Shown one piece after another: positions 11,600 through 26,038 of a DNA stretch of 64,000 nt. The notes below the pieces were generated by a model. That model worked only from the letters and a program-made list of their open reading frames with translations, had not been told where the DNA came from and did no database searches. The translations under genes and the position numbers were made by a program. How positions within the stretch are numbered: position 1 is the stretch's first letter; each line of letters starts with the position of its first letter. The DNA comes from Octopus vulgaris (taxonomy: Eukaryota), in assembly GCA_951406725.2 (NCBI GenBank), contig OX597831.1:54932001-54996000 (forward strand), read 5' to 3'.

Positions 11600-14525
11600 T
11601 AATTAATTGTTCCTGTTATATCGTGGAAATGTGTACTTGAGTTTAGAGTTATATCTTTTACTTCTTTCGGAGCATCTGTTTTCTAAGTTCTCTTCACACA
11701 ATAAAATGCACAGGGATTCCCAGAGCATAGATGGAAATTTATAGAAAAAGTATTATATAGTTGTGCATTTTTTATTATGGACCAAGTAATACAATATTCT
11801 ATTTCTTCTTCTTCTTTTAGTCTCCATATGAAATTAGCTACTGAAGTAGAATACCTCTTATCAATTCTATTGAAACAGGCAACACAATTGCGACACCTCT
11901 ATATACATATATACGCCTCCTCTGCTATTCACTGTGCATTTGTATATAATATGTTACGACGTATGCACTGGTTTTATTGAGATGCGCCTTTGTCCTAGAA
12001 TGTACGTTGTTCCTTAGTTGTCTATTTACTGTTTCGTTATTCTTTTTTCTTCCATTCCTAGTATTTCCTTTTTCATTTATTATCATTTGGCCCTAATTGC
12101 CTTTCGTTAAGTTCATCACATCATGAGTATTATGAGCATTCGAATTTTCAACATTTCACTGTCAGCGGTATTTTCACCGTATTTACTTATACTATTAATT
12201 CTATTGTAATTATTGGGAAATGCCTGACTTGTTTCTTCCTTATTATCAGAGTCCTTATTAGCTAAATTATCCTTTAGTTTCCTCACTAACAGTGTTATTT
12301 ATCTTCTGGTCTAATAATAATTTCGGCCACTTGATTTTGCATATGAAACCTTCACTGTATGTCTGTTAAAAATTTTGTGGTATCTATTAGATTTTAGATA
12401 ACATTTATCCAATGGGGTAAAAAAAATTCCATGGCAATCTGAGATATTTGTAAGCTATAGATAGAATTATATTATAAAACATCTGATTTCTTATACTTTT
12501 TGTCCACTTTGTTGTTGCTAATATACGGTGTGGAAGTGTCACTATTTAATAGGTTATGTTTAAACTTCATATTTTGGTGTTCCTTAGTTTCAGTTCCTAT
12601 TTTACTTTTAGCATCTTTTTCTTATTCGTAGTTTAATCTGACCGTCTTCCTCAATTCTGTATTTACAATTTAGTGTCCTTATGGGAGGTTTAGTTCTCTT
12701 AGTATCGTAGCTACAAGAATTAACTATATTATTATCATACATATCTTTTATTTTTCTGTATATCCAATCCCAGCCAATGTAGCATTATAATAGGATGCAT
12801 GTGCGTTAAAATTTGCTTCGTTCGCTGATAATCTTGATATTCTATTAGATATGTGTTTTACTAGTCCTTTTATTATAGAAGGCGGATGACTTGACTGTAC
12901 ATTAATGTACCTCAGGTTCTCATTTTGCTTGTGGAAAAGCTCAAATGATCCTATATCTAAACTAAAAGTTGCATCTAGAAAATTTACCTTACAGTAATTA
13001 TTTCCAATGGTAAGAGATAACAAAAAACGTTTGAATAATTTATAAAGTTTTCTGTCTCTCCATTTCTACCTTACTATACTGGTCTAGTATGAAGCGTCGT
13101 CGTCATATAGACACCCCACACCCACCCCATCTTTGGTAACCAGAATTCGATTTGGTATACTCCAACAAGATCCGTTACTTGTGCTGAGTCACTAGATCTC
13201 AATGCTGTATCAAAAAAAGCTACCTTATCTGATCTACACCAAAGATTTCCATCAAAATCTACCATACCTCCTCGCGCGGCTAATATAATTTCTATCTCTG
13301 ATCTAGATAAATCCGTATTCCGCATTGTAAAAGTTAAGGTCTTATTTAGAAAAATGGGATTAATAGTGGAGTAATAGCTAGCTATGTCTAGTTGTATAAA
13401 TTATTACTATTATTTATCTCAAGTTCCATAAATCACCCGATTTCCTCCTGAGTATCAAACCACAGTTACAGTCTAATTTAAGATTTAAGGATTAGCATTA
13501 CTCTGTCGGTAATAGTTTTGCTAATCCGACCTATATCCGATTTGGAGAGGCATATCAATGTAACTTGGGATCGTTATTAAAATTATTTTTATGGTCCTTT
13601 AAATTTATCCTAGGTTTTCTAGGGACATACAGTTCTGTACTATCTTGTATTCTTCGTCTAGTGACTATGTCGAATCCCTTATCATTTATATTTGTTAGTG
13701 TGTTTTGGGGTGCATGTTTATACTTATTGCATAGTTCTTTTCTAATTAATTCCTGGTATAGTTCAGTTTTCACAATGTAAAGATTACCGGACTTGTCTGC
13801 TGGTGCTAAAATCCTTGGTGTTTGTTTAAAATCTTTGAGTACTTTCCATAATGTTTGCTGGTGTCAGTTATTTCTCCTGGGTTATTTTTTTGGAATTTAA
13901 CATTTTTTTAATGATTTTATAAAGTTTTCTTCGAAAGGTGCTCAGTATTGATGAGCAGTTGGGTTTTTCAGGGATTTAAGTTCCTGTCCAAGTGTATCCA
14001 CCGATCTTTTCTAATAATGTGTACTATCCTTCCTGTCGAAGAAGAATGCGTTCCACTGCATTCTACGTATAAAATAGCTAGTACTCTCTGAGAGTTTCTT
14101 AGTATATTCATTCTTGTTAGGTATTGATATATCTTTCAGCGAAACATCGAATGTGATTTTTTTTCTATTTTCAAAGCGCACTACGTAATAGTAACTTTCT
14201 TCGGGTATAGGATACTGTTGGTATTAGTAATAATTTTATATTTGGGTATACACATTGTAGCATGATGTCTAAAGCCCGTCCACAGTAATCGGTTACTTGA
14301 AGTCAACAACAGTGTGGAGACATATTCCACTGGATTTACCTCAGGAATTCTTTTGTGTCCGTTTCTATAAAGAAAATGCGAGGCAGAAAATAAAATTCAC
14401 GAGACGTTTTATTCATAACCACTACGATCGTTTCGATTCATCGTACACCGATACCTTACAGGTGATATACGGTACAAACAATTGTCATGCATCATAGTGT
14501 AGATGTATCTCCTCAGGTGACTTTT
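11600..14525 (-). mobile_element. Decayed near-full-length Penelope-like element (Naiad-like RT plus C-terminal GIY-YIG); boundaries approximate
   Basis: Frameshifted pieces in order: SLKDISIPNK..FIRRMQW, PADKSGNLY, LKDHKNNFNNDPK..SKSDIGRISK, SSDSAQVTDLVG, VNFLDATFSL..YINVQSSHPPSIIK, YHKIFNRHTVKVSY, YKCTV..YI..STSVANFIWRLKE..ITWSII; HHR at the 5' end. Confidence 0.85.
14417..14522 (-). ncRNA. Type I hammerhead ribozyme upstream of a Penelope-like ORF
   Basis: Minus strand: agtcac-CTGAGGA-gatacatctacact...ggtgtacgatgaatc-GAA-ACGATCGT-A-gtggtt; long stem II, palindromic stem III, GUA site. Confidence 0.8.
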
Positions 14526-15101
14526 AAAAAAGTATCTCATATACGTGTGTGTGCACGCGCGCGTGTATAATAGGCGCAGGCGTTGCTGTGGTAAGAAATT
14601 TGCTTCCCAACCACATGGTTTCGGGTTCTGTCCCACAGTATGATACTTTGGGCAAGTCCCTTCTGCTAAAGCCGTGTTTGTGGGTTTGGCAACTGGAAAC
14701 TGAAAGAAGCCCGTTGTATGTGTATGTCCTTGTATCTATGTTTGTACCCCTTGCATCATTTGACAACTGGTGTATAAATTACCCTCTGACTCGCACAGAA
14801 AAACAACTGGCTCCGATCTGTGTGCATATACATATATATATATAATTTCATTTTACTTTATTATACTATTTCTTTCTTCACTCTATAATAATTAGAATGT
14901 AAGAAGTATATATATATGAGCATGTATAGATGAATACACGTATGTTTTTGCACATACATCTATATATATAGATTATATGTGTGGATATATAAAAATATAC
15001 ACACTACACTGTATGTTAGTTAGACTTTCGACCTAACATTATATATCGATATAAATGGTAAAGATAGTCATAATATTAGTAGGAAGCAGATATGTGTGTA
15101 T

Positions 15102-15442
15102 TCTGAGACCCCCTTCGGTCACGACACAGACCATGGGATTGCACCTAGAAAGTTACCCTTCCAGGCACAAGTCCGGGCAAGGTTGTTTATGGAAGACCAG
15201 CAGTCGCCCATGCATACCGGCCTCCCCTCTCCACGCCACCAGTGTTATCCAAGGGAAAGGCAAAGGCCGATACAGCTTGGCCACCCGTGACGTCGCAACT
15301 CATTTCTACAGCTGAGTGAACTGGAGCAACGTGAAATAAAGTGTCTTGCTCAAGAACACAACACGCAGCCCAGTCAGGGATTCGAGCTCACAACCTCGCG
15401 ATCGTAAGCTCGATGCTCTAACCACTGAGACATGCGCCTTCA
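15102..15442 (-). mobile_element. tRNA-derived CORE-like SINE (family D)
   Basis: tRNA head plus tgtgttcttgagcaagacactt core; flanking direct repeat cagatatgYgtgtat; second copy at ~44516-44850(+). Confidence 0.8.
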
Positions 15443-16964
15443 CAGATATGCGTGTATATATAAATAGTTATCATCATCATTGTTTAACGTCTACTTTCCA
15501 TGCTAGAATGGGTTGGACGGTTTAACATAGAGCTGGCTGGCTGGCTGGAAGCTATCCAGACTCCAAATGTCAAATTGTTTCTATGGCTGGATGCCCTTCC
15601 TAACGCCAACCACTTAACAGTGTGCTGGGTGCTTTTTATGTGTTACTGGCACAGGTGCATTTATGCAGCACCGGCATAGGTGCTTTTTTATGTGGCACCA
15701 GCACCTGATAAAAGGACAAGCCTGTATGTGTGGAAGACAGCAATTTTACTTAGATTGACATGTCTTGTCAAGTACAGCAAATCGCCACATAAATAGGCAT
15801 GGATCTGTATATAAAACAATATAGATAACCATCTAAGTTGGTACATGGATGAATATGTATACAGGGCAGGTAAGGATACCTACTCTTACTCTTTACTCCC
15901 TATCTTTTACTTGTTTCAGTCATTTGACTGCGGCAATGCTGGAGCACCGCCTTTAGTCGAGCAAATCGACCCCAGGACTTATTCTCTGTAAGCCTAGTAC
16001 TTATTCTATCGGTCTCTTTTGCCGAACCACTAAGTTATGGAGACGTAAACACACCAGCATCGGTTGTCAAGCGATGTTGGAGGGACAAACACAGACACAC
16101 AAACACACACATACATATATATATACATATATACGACGGGCTTCTTTCAGTTTCCATCTACCAAATCCACTCACAAGGCTTTGGTCAGCCTGAGGCTATA
16201 GTAGAAGACACTTGCCCAAGGTACTAAGCAGTGGGACTGAACCCGGAACCATGTGGTTCGTAAGCAAGCTACTTACCACACAGCTACATAAAAAATAGCT
16301 TGTCGTAAATCAATTTTAAATAGAGGCACTTTTGAGTCTAGAATGGGGCCAGTTGTTTTGTCATAAGAGATGGATGGTAATTTACATGCTTAAAAGAGAC
16401 AAGGAAACAGTTGATAAGTATTGTAATGGTCAGTCTTCACCACATTATCCTTTTATTATCTTCAAATTCTTAATTTTATTCTTTATTCTTCAGTCTGTTT
16501 TGAACTTTCTTCCTTATAATCTGACCTTTAAGATAGAAAGGTAATTTTTAGTCAACTTGACCATTTTCTTTTCTTTTGTCTGTTTCTTTATTAAAGTACT
16601 TAGTATTTTAATTGTACTTTGTCCATCACTGTGGGGGTGCGAGACTTAGTGGTTAGGGTGTCATCATCATGATCATAAGATTGTGGTTTTGATTCCTAGA
16701 CCAGACGACGCGTTGTGTTCTTGAGCAAAACAATTCATTTCACGTTGCTCCAGTCCACTCAGCTGGCACAAATGAGTAACGCTGCGATGGACTGGCGTCC
16801 CGTCCAGCTGGGGAACACATACGCCATAGAAACCGGGAAACTGGGCCCATGAGCCTGGCTAGGCTTACAAAAAATAAGTCCTGGGGTCAATTTGGTCGAC
16901 TAAAGGCGATGCTCCAGCATGGCCACAGTCACATGACTGAAACAAGTAAAAGAGAGTAAGAGTA

Positions 16965-17467
16965 TATGATGGGATGCTGAAAAGTTCTTGGCTTTTAGGG
17001 GTCTCACAAAAGGGTAAGACCTGTTATCTTTACAGGGGAGGTAGGACAACTACTTAGGAGAAAATAAGCAAAATATAATGATGGTATACAATATATCTTT
17101 CTGTATTTTGCAGATTTAACACAAGATGGCAGCTCCTTCAGGAGATTTTGGTAAAACTGAAATACAAGCAGTCATGAAGTTCTTCTTTTTGCAAGGCATA
17201 GGAGTGGTAGAAATCCATGGTGAGATGAAGGAAGTCTTGAAGATGGCTGGCCATCTTACTCCACACAGATGAACCTGGTCAGGATGGCTGACTTCTGCAA
17301 CCACAAAGGTTAAAGCTGATGCTTTTCACAGGACTTAGAAAAACTGAAGGGCTACTACAATAAATGTGTGAATCTGGGAGGAGAATATGTTGAATAAAAT
17401 CATAATTAACTGATCCACCTATATTTTCTTTTACTCAAAGCCAGGAACCTTTCAGTACTCTCTCATA
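16965..17467 (+). mobile_element. Internally deleted mariner-family element
   Basis: TIRs ..gctgaaaagttcttggcttt / aaagccaggaacctttcagt..; N-terminal relic KTEIQAVMKFFFLQG..EIHGEM and C-terminal relic KCVNLGGEYVE*. Confidence 0.75.
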
Positions 17468-18118
17468 AATGTTAATGTTTTTGAGAAGGCATGAACATTA
17501 CTGCTCTCTGGCTTTACACTAAAAAAAAACAAAACAAACCTTTAATACTTATTTCTTCCTTAGATGTTTTCCTCTTTGACAATTTCAGCTCATTGTCATC
17601 ATTTAACAACCTTTTTTCTATGCTTCTTGCAAGGGTCAGATGAAATTTGTTGTGGCAGCCCTCATCTGTTTTCAGACAAGGTAATGTATCCCTCTCCCCA
17701 CCATGGGCAAACTTTTTTTCACAGAAGACTGGAAATGAACAACTTCCCTTGTATGACAGAATGATTCATTTACAACCCTCATGTGACATCAAGACAACAG
17801 TACACACACACACACACACACACAATGGGCTTCTTACAATTTCCATGTACCATATCCACTCACAAGAATTTGGTTAGCCAGGGACTGCAGCCGAAGACAT
17901 TTGCCTGATATGCTACACAGTGTGATTGATCTGAGAGCATATGATTAAAACCAGTTCTGATAAGTTGAATGAAGACAACCCTGATTAAAACCCTTTCTAC
18001 TGTTAAGAGAACAATCCTTTACAACAAACACAATAGACTCGGGATAGTTTCAGTGTTAAAACAACACAAAACAAAACAAACCTTAATTAAAAGAAAGCAA
18101 TCCCCATTCAACACAAAT

Positions 18119-18513
18119 GAGTGGCTGTGTGGTAAGTAGCTTGCTAACCAACCAAATGGTTCCGGGTTCAGTCCCACTGCGTGGCATCTTGGGCAAGTGT
18201 CTTCTGCTATAGCCCCGGGCCAACCAATGCCTTGTGAGTGGATTTGGTAGACGGAAACTGAAAGAAGCCTGTCATATATATGTATATATGTGTATGTGTG
18301 TGTGTTTGTGTGTGTCTCCCTAGCATTGCTTGACAACCGATGCTGGTGTGTTTACGTCCCCGTCACTTAGCGGTTCGGCAAAAGAGACCGATAGAATAAG
18401 TACTGGGCTTACAAGGAGTGGGTCCCGGGGTCGATTTGCTTGACTGAAGGCGGTGCTCCAGCATGGCCACAGTCAAATGACTGAAACAAGTAAAAGAGAT
18501 GAAAGAGAAAGAG
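18119..18513 (+). mobile_element. tRNA-derived SINE (family A)
   Basis: Reverse complement of 23301-23713 at high identity. Confidence 0.9.
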
Positions 18514-19136
18514 AATTGATGGAGACAACCCTTAGCTAATGGAGTCTACACCCACAAGAGTTACAATACAAACCCACACAATCCTCTCAGACAACTTGTC
18601 GGGAAGAATGGTGGAGGAAGTAATAGAGTTTTTAGAGTAGGATGTTTGTTTTAAGATAAATTTTTTTGGGAAAAGAGGTGACTGTATCCCAAAACAGGAA
18701 ACTAAAATAACAAAAACAAATAAACAACAGTTCTTTTATATTTACATATTTAAACAAAACAATGACACTTTTGTTGTGTTGTTTAGCCCCAGGTCAAAGA
18801 CCTGACCTGAATGAGCAGACCTATGACCATAAGTATTCAAGCCATGATCATCTTGCATTTTTTTTTCCTTTTTATTTTTCTGGTACTGGACTAGTACTAC
18901 ATTCTCTAATATTCTTCTTCTTACAAATAGCAGGGTATAATTTAATAGAGATTTGGTTGTTAGTTATTTCATACTACCACCATCACCACAATTTTCTGTT
19001 ATGCATAAACAATAACAATAATAACAAGAATAGTAATAGTAACAAAAACAACAAGGATGATTAATATCATTATATTAATTCAATACTCATTTCTCACTTC
19101 TTCCTATAATGACATTTAACAATAATAATGATTATT

Positions 19137-19170
<34 letters not shown>

Positions 19171-19785
19171 CGGTTTCTTGAAGGCGATGCACATTGGACA
19201 CAGTGCTTAGTATCCCTCTTTACATTCTGAGTCAAATTCTGTCAAGTTTGATTTTGCCGTCAAACTTGTTGGAGTCAATGAAACGAGCACCAATTAAGCA
19301 CTGGGGTTGATGAAATCAACTATCCGCTCCCCCAAAATTTCAGGCCTTGAACCTATTGTATAAAGGATTATTAAGGTTTCTACCATTTGTACAAAGCCAC
19401 AAATTTTGTGGAGAGAAGGGGACAATTGATTAAATCAACCTCAGTGCCTAGTTGGTAGACACCTATTTCATTGATCTTTCCGCTCTAAGTATGGAAAGGT
19501 AAAATCTACTTGGCAAGAAGCAGGATTCAAACTGATGAAAGAAAATGGCAAAACAAAATACCCCAAAGAGTTTTGTTGGATGCTTTAACAATCTTCTAAA
19601 CCTTTCAGTGAATACAAAAATAAGAGAGTATGAGACGAAAATAGTTGTTTGGAAAAAGAAGTCCAACATTCACATTCTAAGTGAAAGGTATGAAAATATG
19701 AGATTTGTGTGTGTTCATATATATATGTATATATGTGTGTGCGTGTGTACATACACACAACTATATGTACACACACACGTATACT

Positions 19786-19844
<59 letters not shown>

Positions 19845-19930
19845 GTATATGTATATATATATATTTGTGTATATATATATATATATTTGTATATATATAT
19901 TTATATATTTGTTTATATTTATATATATAT

Positions 19931-19984
<54 letters not shown>

Positions 19985-20234
19985 ATATATATATATATAA
20001 ATTTGTATATATATCTATATATATATATATAAATTTGTATATATCTATATATATAAATTTGTATATACTTATATATATAAATTTGTATATACCTATATAT
20101 ATGTAAATTTGTATATACCTATATATATAAATTTGTATATACCTATATATATAAATTTGTATATATCTATATATATATATATTTGTATATATCTATATAT
20201 ATATATATATTTGTATATATATTTATATATATAT

Positions 20235-20265
<31 letters not shown>

Positions 20266-20414
20266 TATAACTAACATATATACATATACATATGTGTGAA
20301 TATGTGTGAATATGTTTGACTTGTATAGCTACATCACTTGGTTGATAAAGGTTTCACACAACAAAATCTCAACATCTCTACAAAAAGGAGAGATTCCCAG
20401 ATTTCCAGAAATGA

Positions 20415-20472
20415 TTAACTACGCCAAAAGTTGAAAATCTTGCGAAATGCTCCAGGACCATGCCACAAACCT
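20415..20472 (-). CDS. SQOR: SQOR last coding exon (58 nt including TAA)
   Basis: tttcag|A+GLWHGPGAFRKIFNFWRS*; matches the SQOR C-terminal GxWxGP..RK.F segment; the nine exons total 1128 nt in frame. Confidence 0.93.
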
Positions 20473-20819
20473 CTGAAATAGAAATTAAAAAATTCTTTTA
20501 ATCAATTCTTTTAATCAATCTAATATATTTCTAACATATTACTCACAAAATGTCATGTCATCACCATTACTCAACATGGGCTTTCCATTCTGACATAATT
20601 TGGATTGTTTAACAGGAGCTTGCAACCTATTTTGGCATAACTTCTACAGCTGCATGTCATTCCTAATGCCAACACTTTACAAAATGTACTGGATACTTTT
20701 TATAATAATAATTTATTGTATACAATGCTCAGGTGTACAGCTCATCAGAAAATGCTACCAAAAATGCATACATACAATATGCCCAAGAAGTGATCAGTGA
20801 ATAAGTCTTTAAAAAAATG

Positions 20820-21131
20820 GTATTAGTGGGGTATCAGGTGTACTGTTGGCAAATTTCAGGAAGCATGGAAGTTTCGAAGGATATGGTGTCTCGACAGCAA
20901 ACAATTGATGCAGGTAGTTTATTCCATGCTTCAGCAATTCTTATAGTGAAAAAATGTTTCCAAATGCCATGGGTGCTGTGTTGATTTTTGATTTTATAAG
21001 CATGCCCACAAGTGTTGGACATATGGAATTCAAAAAGGTACTCAAGGTTGTTGTTGGAAAGATGGTAGATAATTTTGTGGGTATCTACAAAATCAGTTTC
21101 CAGACATTGGAGCTTTAATGTGTCCATGCCC
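20820..21131 (-). mobile_element. CR1-like LINE 3' fragment
   Basis: ORF2 C-terminus relic TCGHAYKI...HFFTIRIAEAWNKLPASIV. Confidence 0.8.
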
Positions 21132-21637
21132 AGGTGCTAGCACCAGTAAGATCACTGGGTAAATTGCAAGACAAGAACCCCTCAACTGAGAAGGGTGTGG
21201 TACTGAGCAATGTGGCTTTTTTGCCAAGTAACGAGAATTTAAAGTATAATCAAGAGACAGAAATAGGTGCCTTATTGTGTCTTATGTAGCTACCCCAGTT
21301 GGAAAAGTGAGAAGATGATGGTAAAGATGTATCAAGGTACATCATCAAGTTACAGGAAGGTAAATATAAGAGAAGTGATTGAGAGGTTTGGGCAGGGTAA
21401 GTAGGTAGGTGAATAAGTTCACAGGGAGAGGGGCTGATGGATAGAGATGGGGGATAGAGAAGAAAGCAGTGAGTGGTGAACAAGGGTGGATTTTGAAACT
21501 AATTAAAAATGCAAAACAATTTAATATAAATAACTTTTCATTAAGATGAGATTTAAAACATAATTTAATAAATGAAACCAAAAATTTCTTAATACAATTA
21601 CGATGGAAGGTTTTAATTCAAACATAAAACAATTTAA

Positions 21638-21849
21638 CCCTTTCGTTACTGTATTTATTTTGAGATGCCTTGTGTTTCAGTCAATTAATTTTAAATATAA
21701 CAAAGAATTTAGTAAAAGAACTTAGTTATCATTAAACTAGTGTTGGGAACATAAATTGTGACTATGGTTTGGTGGAAGATTTCAATTCAATACTTATGAA
21801 AACAAGACATTTGTACTACAGAGCCTTGGGCGGGTTGGTATCAAAAGGG
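21638..21849. mobile_element. piggyBac-like MITE
   Basis: TTAA|CCCTTT...AAAGGG|TTAA. Confidence 0.7.
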
Positions 21850-22065
21850 TTAAAGTAAGAGATTTTTCTATAATAAAACCAAGGTTGATCTTGGTGCAGT
21901 TGGTGTCATAAAGGTCACAGATGGATATAATTATCATGTGTTCTTCTACTGATGCCACAAAAAAAAAATTGATTTCAGACAAAACGATACTTTAATATTA
22001 AACAGTTACAATTTCTTTCATAAAAATTAGAACATGTCATTGACACACAGTACAAAGTGATGACC

Positions 22066-22096
<31 letters not shown>

Positions 22097-22824
22097 CACA
22101 AACACAACTTTATATTCAAGACGGTCATTGTACCAAGGTCATCCAAGTTCAAACAGTCATAAGCAAAAGTATTTCAACCCTGCCCATGCATATTTTTTTA
22201 TTTTTTTACGAGGCAATGAATTAGATTACCCAATAAGTATATGTACTTACTTATTTTAGAAAGACAGATTTAACTAATATTTCTACCATGGGAAATGACC
22301 ACATAAAGGCTCCTTTATTGCCTTATATACATACATACAGACAGACAGATATACATATATATCCACGTTTAAGTGGTGATAAATTTTATCTTTTGGTATT
22401 AATACTGCTTCTGTCACTTGAAGTATTTTTTACACACACACACACACACACACATATCATCATCATTATTTAACATCCCTTTTTCCATGCTTGCATGAGT
22501 CAGACAGAATATTTCAAGGCAGATTTTCTATAACTGGATGGTCTTCCTGTAGCCAGCCCTCAGGTTTCCAAGCAAGGTGGTATTTTCCCCATAGCTAGAC
22601 TTGATTTTCATGGAAGATTAAAAACAAACAACCTTGCTTGTATGAAGATAATGATCATTTACAATCATCGCATCATATCTAGACAAAGGTAAACACAAAA
22701 ACACACACGCATACACTTATAAATTTGTTTTGCAAGATACCTGCCAAATAAACACATGCACTGTATATCAGTTCTTCACTTACTCATAGTTCATATTTTA
22801 TCTTATGTCCATTGTCTGGAAATC

Positions 22825-22924
22825 NNNNNNNNNNNNNNNNNNNNNNNNNNNNNNNNNNNNNNNNNNNNNNNNNNNNNNNNNNNNNNNNNNNNNNNNNNNN
22901 NNNNNNNNNNNNNNNNNNNNNNNN
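22825..22924. other. Assembly gap (100 N) in the last SQOR intron
   Basis: Run of exactly 100 N; true gap size unknown. Confidence 0.99.
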
Positions 22925-23300
22925 GGGAGAGGGAGGGAGGCAGACAGACAAATAAATAGATCTGTGCAATTAAAGTTAACCTGAGACTACACAAAAACAA
23001 TAATTGCTTACCTACATGCTATAAATCTGCCCAGTCAAGACTGACAATAAACTAAATGACAATATCTCCAACTACATAAAAAAACGCCCATATCCGTTAA
23101 CACCATACACTAAAATCTATTTCTAAATTCAATAACACTATCACAAAAGATACATATCCATTTACACCGCCACAAAAATCAATAAAATCAATATCCTCTC
23201 TAGATCTAAGCTCTCCAATAAGTTATAAACATCATCCTTAGTATTTTATATCCATTTTGCTTTGATTCTTGCTCAGACTAGACTGGTATAGTCTCACTAT

Positions 23301-23713
23301 CTCTTTTACTCTTTCTTTTTACTCTTTTACTTGTTTCAGTCATTTGACTGCGGCCATGCAGGAGCACCACCTTTAGTTGAGCAAATCGACCCTGGGACTT
23401 ATTCTTTGTAAGCCCAGTACTTATTCTATCGGTCTCTTTTGCCGAACCGCTAAGTGATGGGGACGTAAACACACCAGCATCGGTTGTCAAGCAATGCTAG
23501 GGGGACAAACACAAACACACACACACATATATATATATATACATATATACGACAGGCTTCTTTCAGTTTCCGTCTACCAAATCCACTCACAAGGCATTGG
23601 TTGGCCCGGGGCTATAGCAGAAGACACTTGCCCAAGATGCCACGCAGTGGGACTGAACCCGTAACCATGTGGTTGGTTAGCAAGCTACTTACCACACAGC
23701 CACTCCTGCGCCT
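23301..23713 (-). mobile_element. tRNA-derived SINE (family A), representative full copy
   Basis: A box (tggctgtgtggt) and B box (gggttcagtccc), internal microsatellite, gactgaaacaagtaaaaga tail; near-identical copies at 7721-8127(-), 15881-16286(-), 18119-18513(+); partial or diverged copies at 6085-6270, 30850-31097, 35640-36058, 58690-59085. Confidence 0.9.
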
Positions 23714-23719
23714 GTTGCA

Positions 23720-24165
23720 AGTTTTTATCATGTCCTTTGTAAGGATCACAATCCTGAAATCAGCTGTATCACTTCTTACACATTCCTTGATCTTCATCTT
23801 CTATTTGGATCCATTGGAACTTCGTTACTCAACTATCATTCCCTGTATATATACCACATGTCCATACCAGTGCAGTCTCCTCTTTCACACACAACAATTA
23901 ATTCTTTGTATACCTGTGTTTTTTCTCAGTTACTTCACACATCATTGTTCATGCACACTAATATTTATGTATCCAGTAGAGCAAGCTCCTTCATTTTTTT
24001 TTCTTAGCCTATCCTCTGCATTCATTGTCCATGTTTTATTACCATGCAGCATCATACATCATACACAACCATCATACAATCTGCTCTCCAGTTGGGAGAG
24101 AATCCTTTTGTTACAAGCAGACATAATAGCACCCAGAAATTTTCTCATTCATTCATATTGTGGCT
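23720..24165 (-). mobile_element. RTE-like LINE fragment
   Basis: Minus-strand relic ..ESRLYDGCV*CMMLHGNKTWTM.., resembling the RTE ORF C-terminal region. Confidence 0.6.
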
Positions 24166-24791
24166 AAATGCTTTTAAAACTGTGTCTTTCATTAGTAATT
24201 AGATCATCAGATAAGTGGTTCTCAATTAGGGTTCATAAGGCTCCTTGTGGGAGGGAGGGGGCAAATAAGATTTATGTGCAATAAATTGGCTATACTTCTA
24301 TAAAACATGAAATATTTTGATGATTATTTTTATACAATTCCTGTTAATACATAATTTATAGAAATATAACAGGATTTTTTCAACATCAAATGGCTAGAAG
24401 GATCTATCTGAATAAAATAGAAATCAAAGGAGTCCATAGATAAAAAATGGTTGAAACCCATTGACCTAAGTGAACAGGAGCCATCAGCTACTTCTAGGAA
24501 GCCTTCAGCACATTTCAGAGAATTTATTTTATGACCTTTGTAACTGTTAACTACTCTTGCACATATGAAATTTTCCTTCACTGTCAACTTCTCTATAATC
24601 CTGCTACATCTCTTGTGCACTCGTGATTTTTATTGGATACACTGAACGGCGTTTCCACCTAGTCCTTTTCTTCATGTTATACACAACCACAGTTGAATCC
24701 TGTCTCTCTTCTGGCTGACTGAAACTTTTGTGTTTGCTATAAAATACTGATTCAAGTGAAAGGGAGATTGAAAGGAAAGCAGTCAAACTTA

Positions 24792-24971
<180 letters not shown>

Positions 24972-26038
24972 CTACAATACAGAAAAAGCAAAAAGAAAAT
25001 ATGTTGGAATCGCACAAAATTAAAAGCATGCAAATGGAAACAGTTTATAAATAATAAGAGACTGTGTTGGAGAATACCAGTCTAGTCTGAGCAAGAATCA
25101 AAGCAAAATGGATATAAAATACTAAGGATGATGTTTATAACTTATTGGAGAGCTTTAGTATATTGTTGATGTTTAAACCCAAGCAGTTCTCTATCAAAAA
25201 CGTTCTAGTAGTGACACAACCTGTCTCTCTTTTTTTTTTTTTTTTTTCAGGCAGCATACAACCAAGACTGACATGTCCAACATGTCCTTCCATTTGTAAG
25301 ATAATAAAACATCATCATCATCATCATCATTTAACGCCTGTTTTCCATGCTGGCATAGGTTGGATGGTTTGACAAGGATCCAGCAAGCTGCAGGGCTGTG
25401 ATGAGCTCCAATGTGTTTTGAGATAGTTTCTACAGTTGGATGTTGTTCCTAACCTAACCACCCTTCTTATACACACAGTGATATAAAATTACGAAGAAAT
25501 AAAGATATGTCCTATACTTTATTGGAAGGCTTTTAAGCCTAATTTTCTAGTTTTTACTCCTGCAATTTACACGTATGAGAGTGTACTATAATAAAAACTG
25601 ATTCATGTTCCTCGCTTAGAAAATTAATATAGTGTTAGTCAATTACGAAGATGTAAATAACAACGCTGAATAGATTTCAAAGGACAGAACTATGGTTTCT
25701 TTCATAAAATGACGTATAGAGTTATCTCCCTTGACGGGAAAAATTTGCTTTTGAGCATTAAATATTCAAATGGACTATTTTATATGTGCTACTCGTTGGT
25801 CTATGACCGGCCATGCTAGAGCACTACTTAGAAATTTTTTTAAGTATATCAACCCTGCTTATTTTATTTATACTTGTCTGTTGAGCCGCTAAGACGCGGG
25901 GTACTTATGGACACAACATAAACAGGGTTACATATACATAGAAGTTTGTTTTTATATATACTACTGTGACACATTAGGTTCAGGGTCGTAAGGTAAGGAG
26001 TTCAGTTCCCTTATTTGTGTTTTGGGATAAGGTACTTT

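Noticed and set aside
11650-12010. Selenocysteine (in-frame UGA) in the Naiad-like endonuclease
   Set aside because: Some Naiads are selenoproteins, but no UGA was seen at Cys-equivalent positions and the copy is too decayed to judge.
18119-18190. tRNA-like sequences with A and B boxes (many copies)
   Set aside because: They are SINE heads continuing into SINE bodies and do not form a full cloverleaf.
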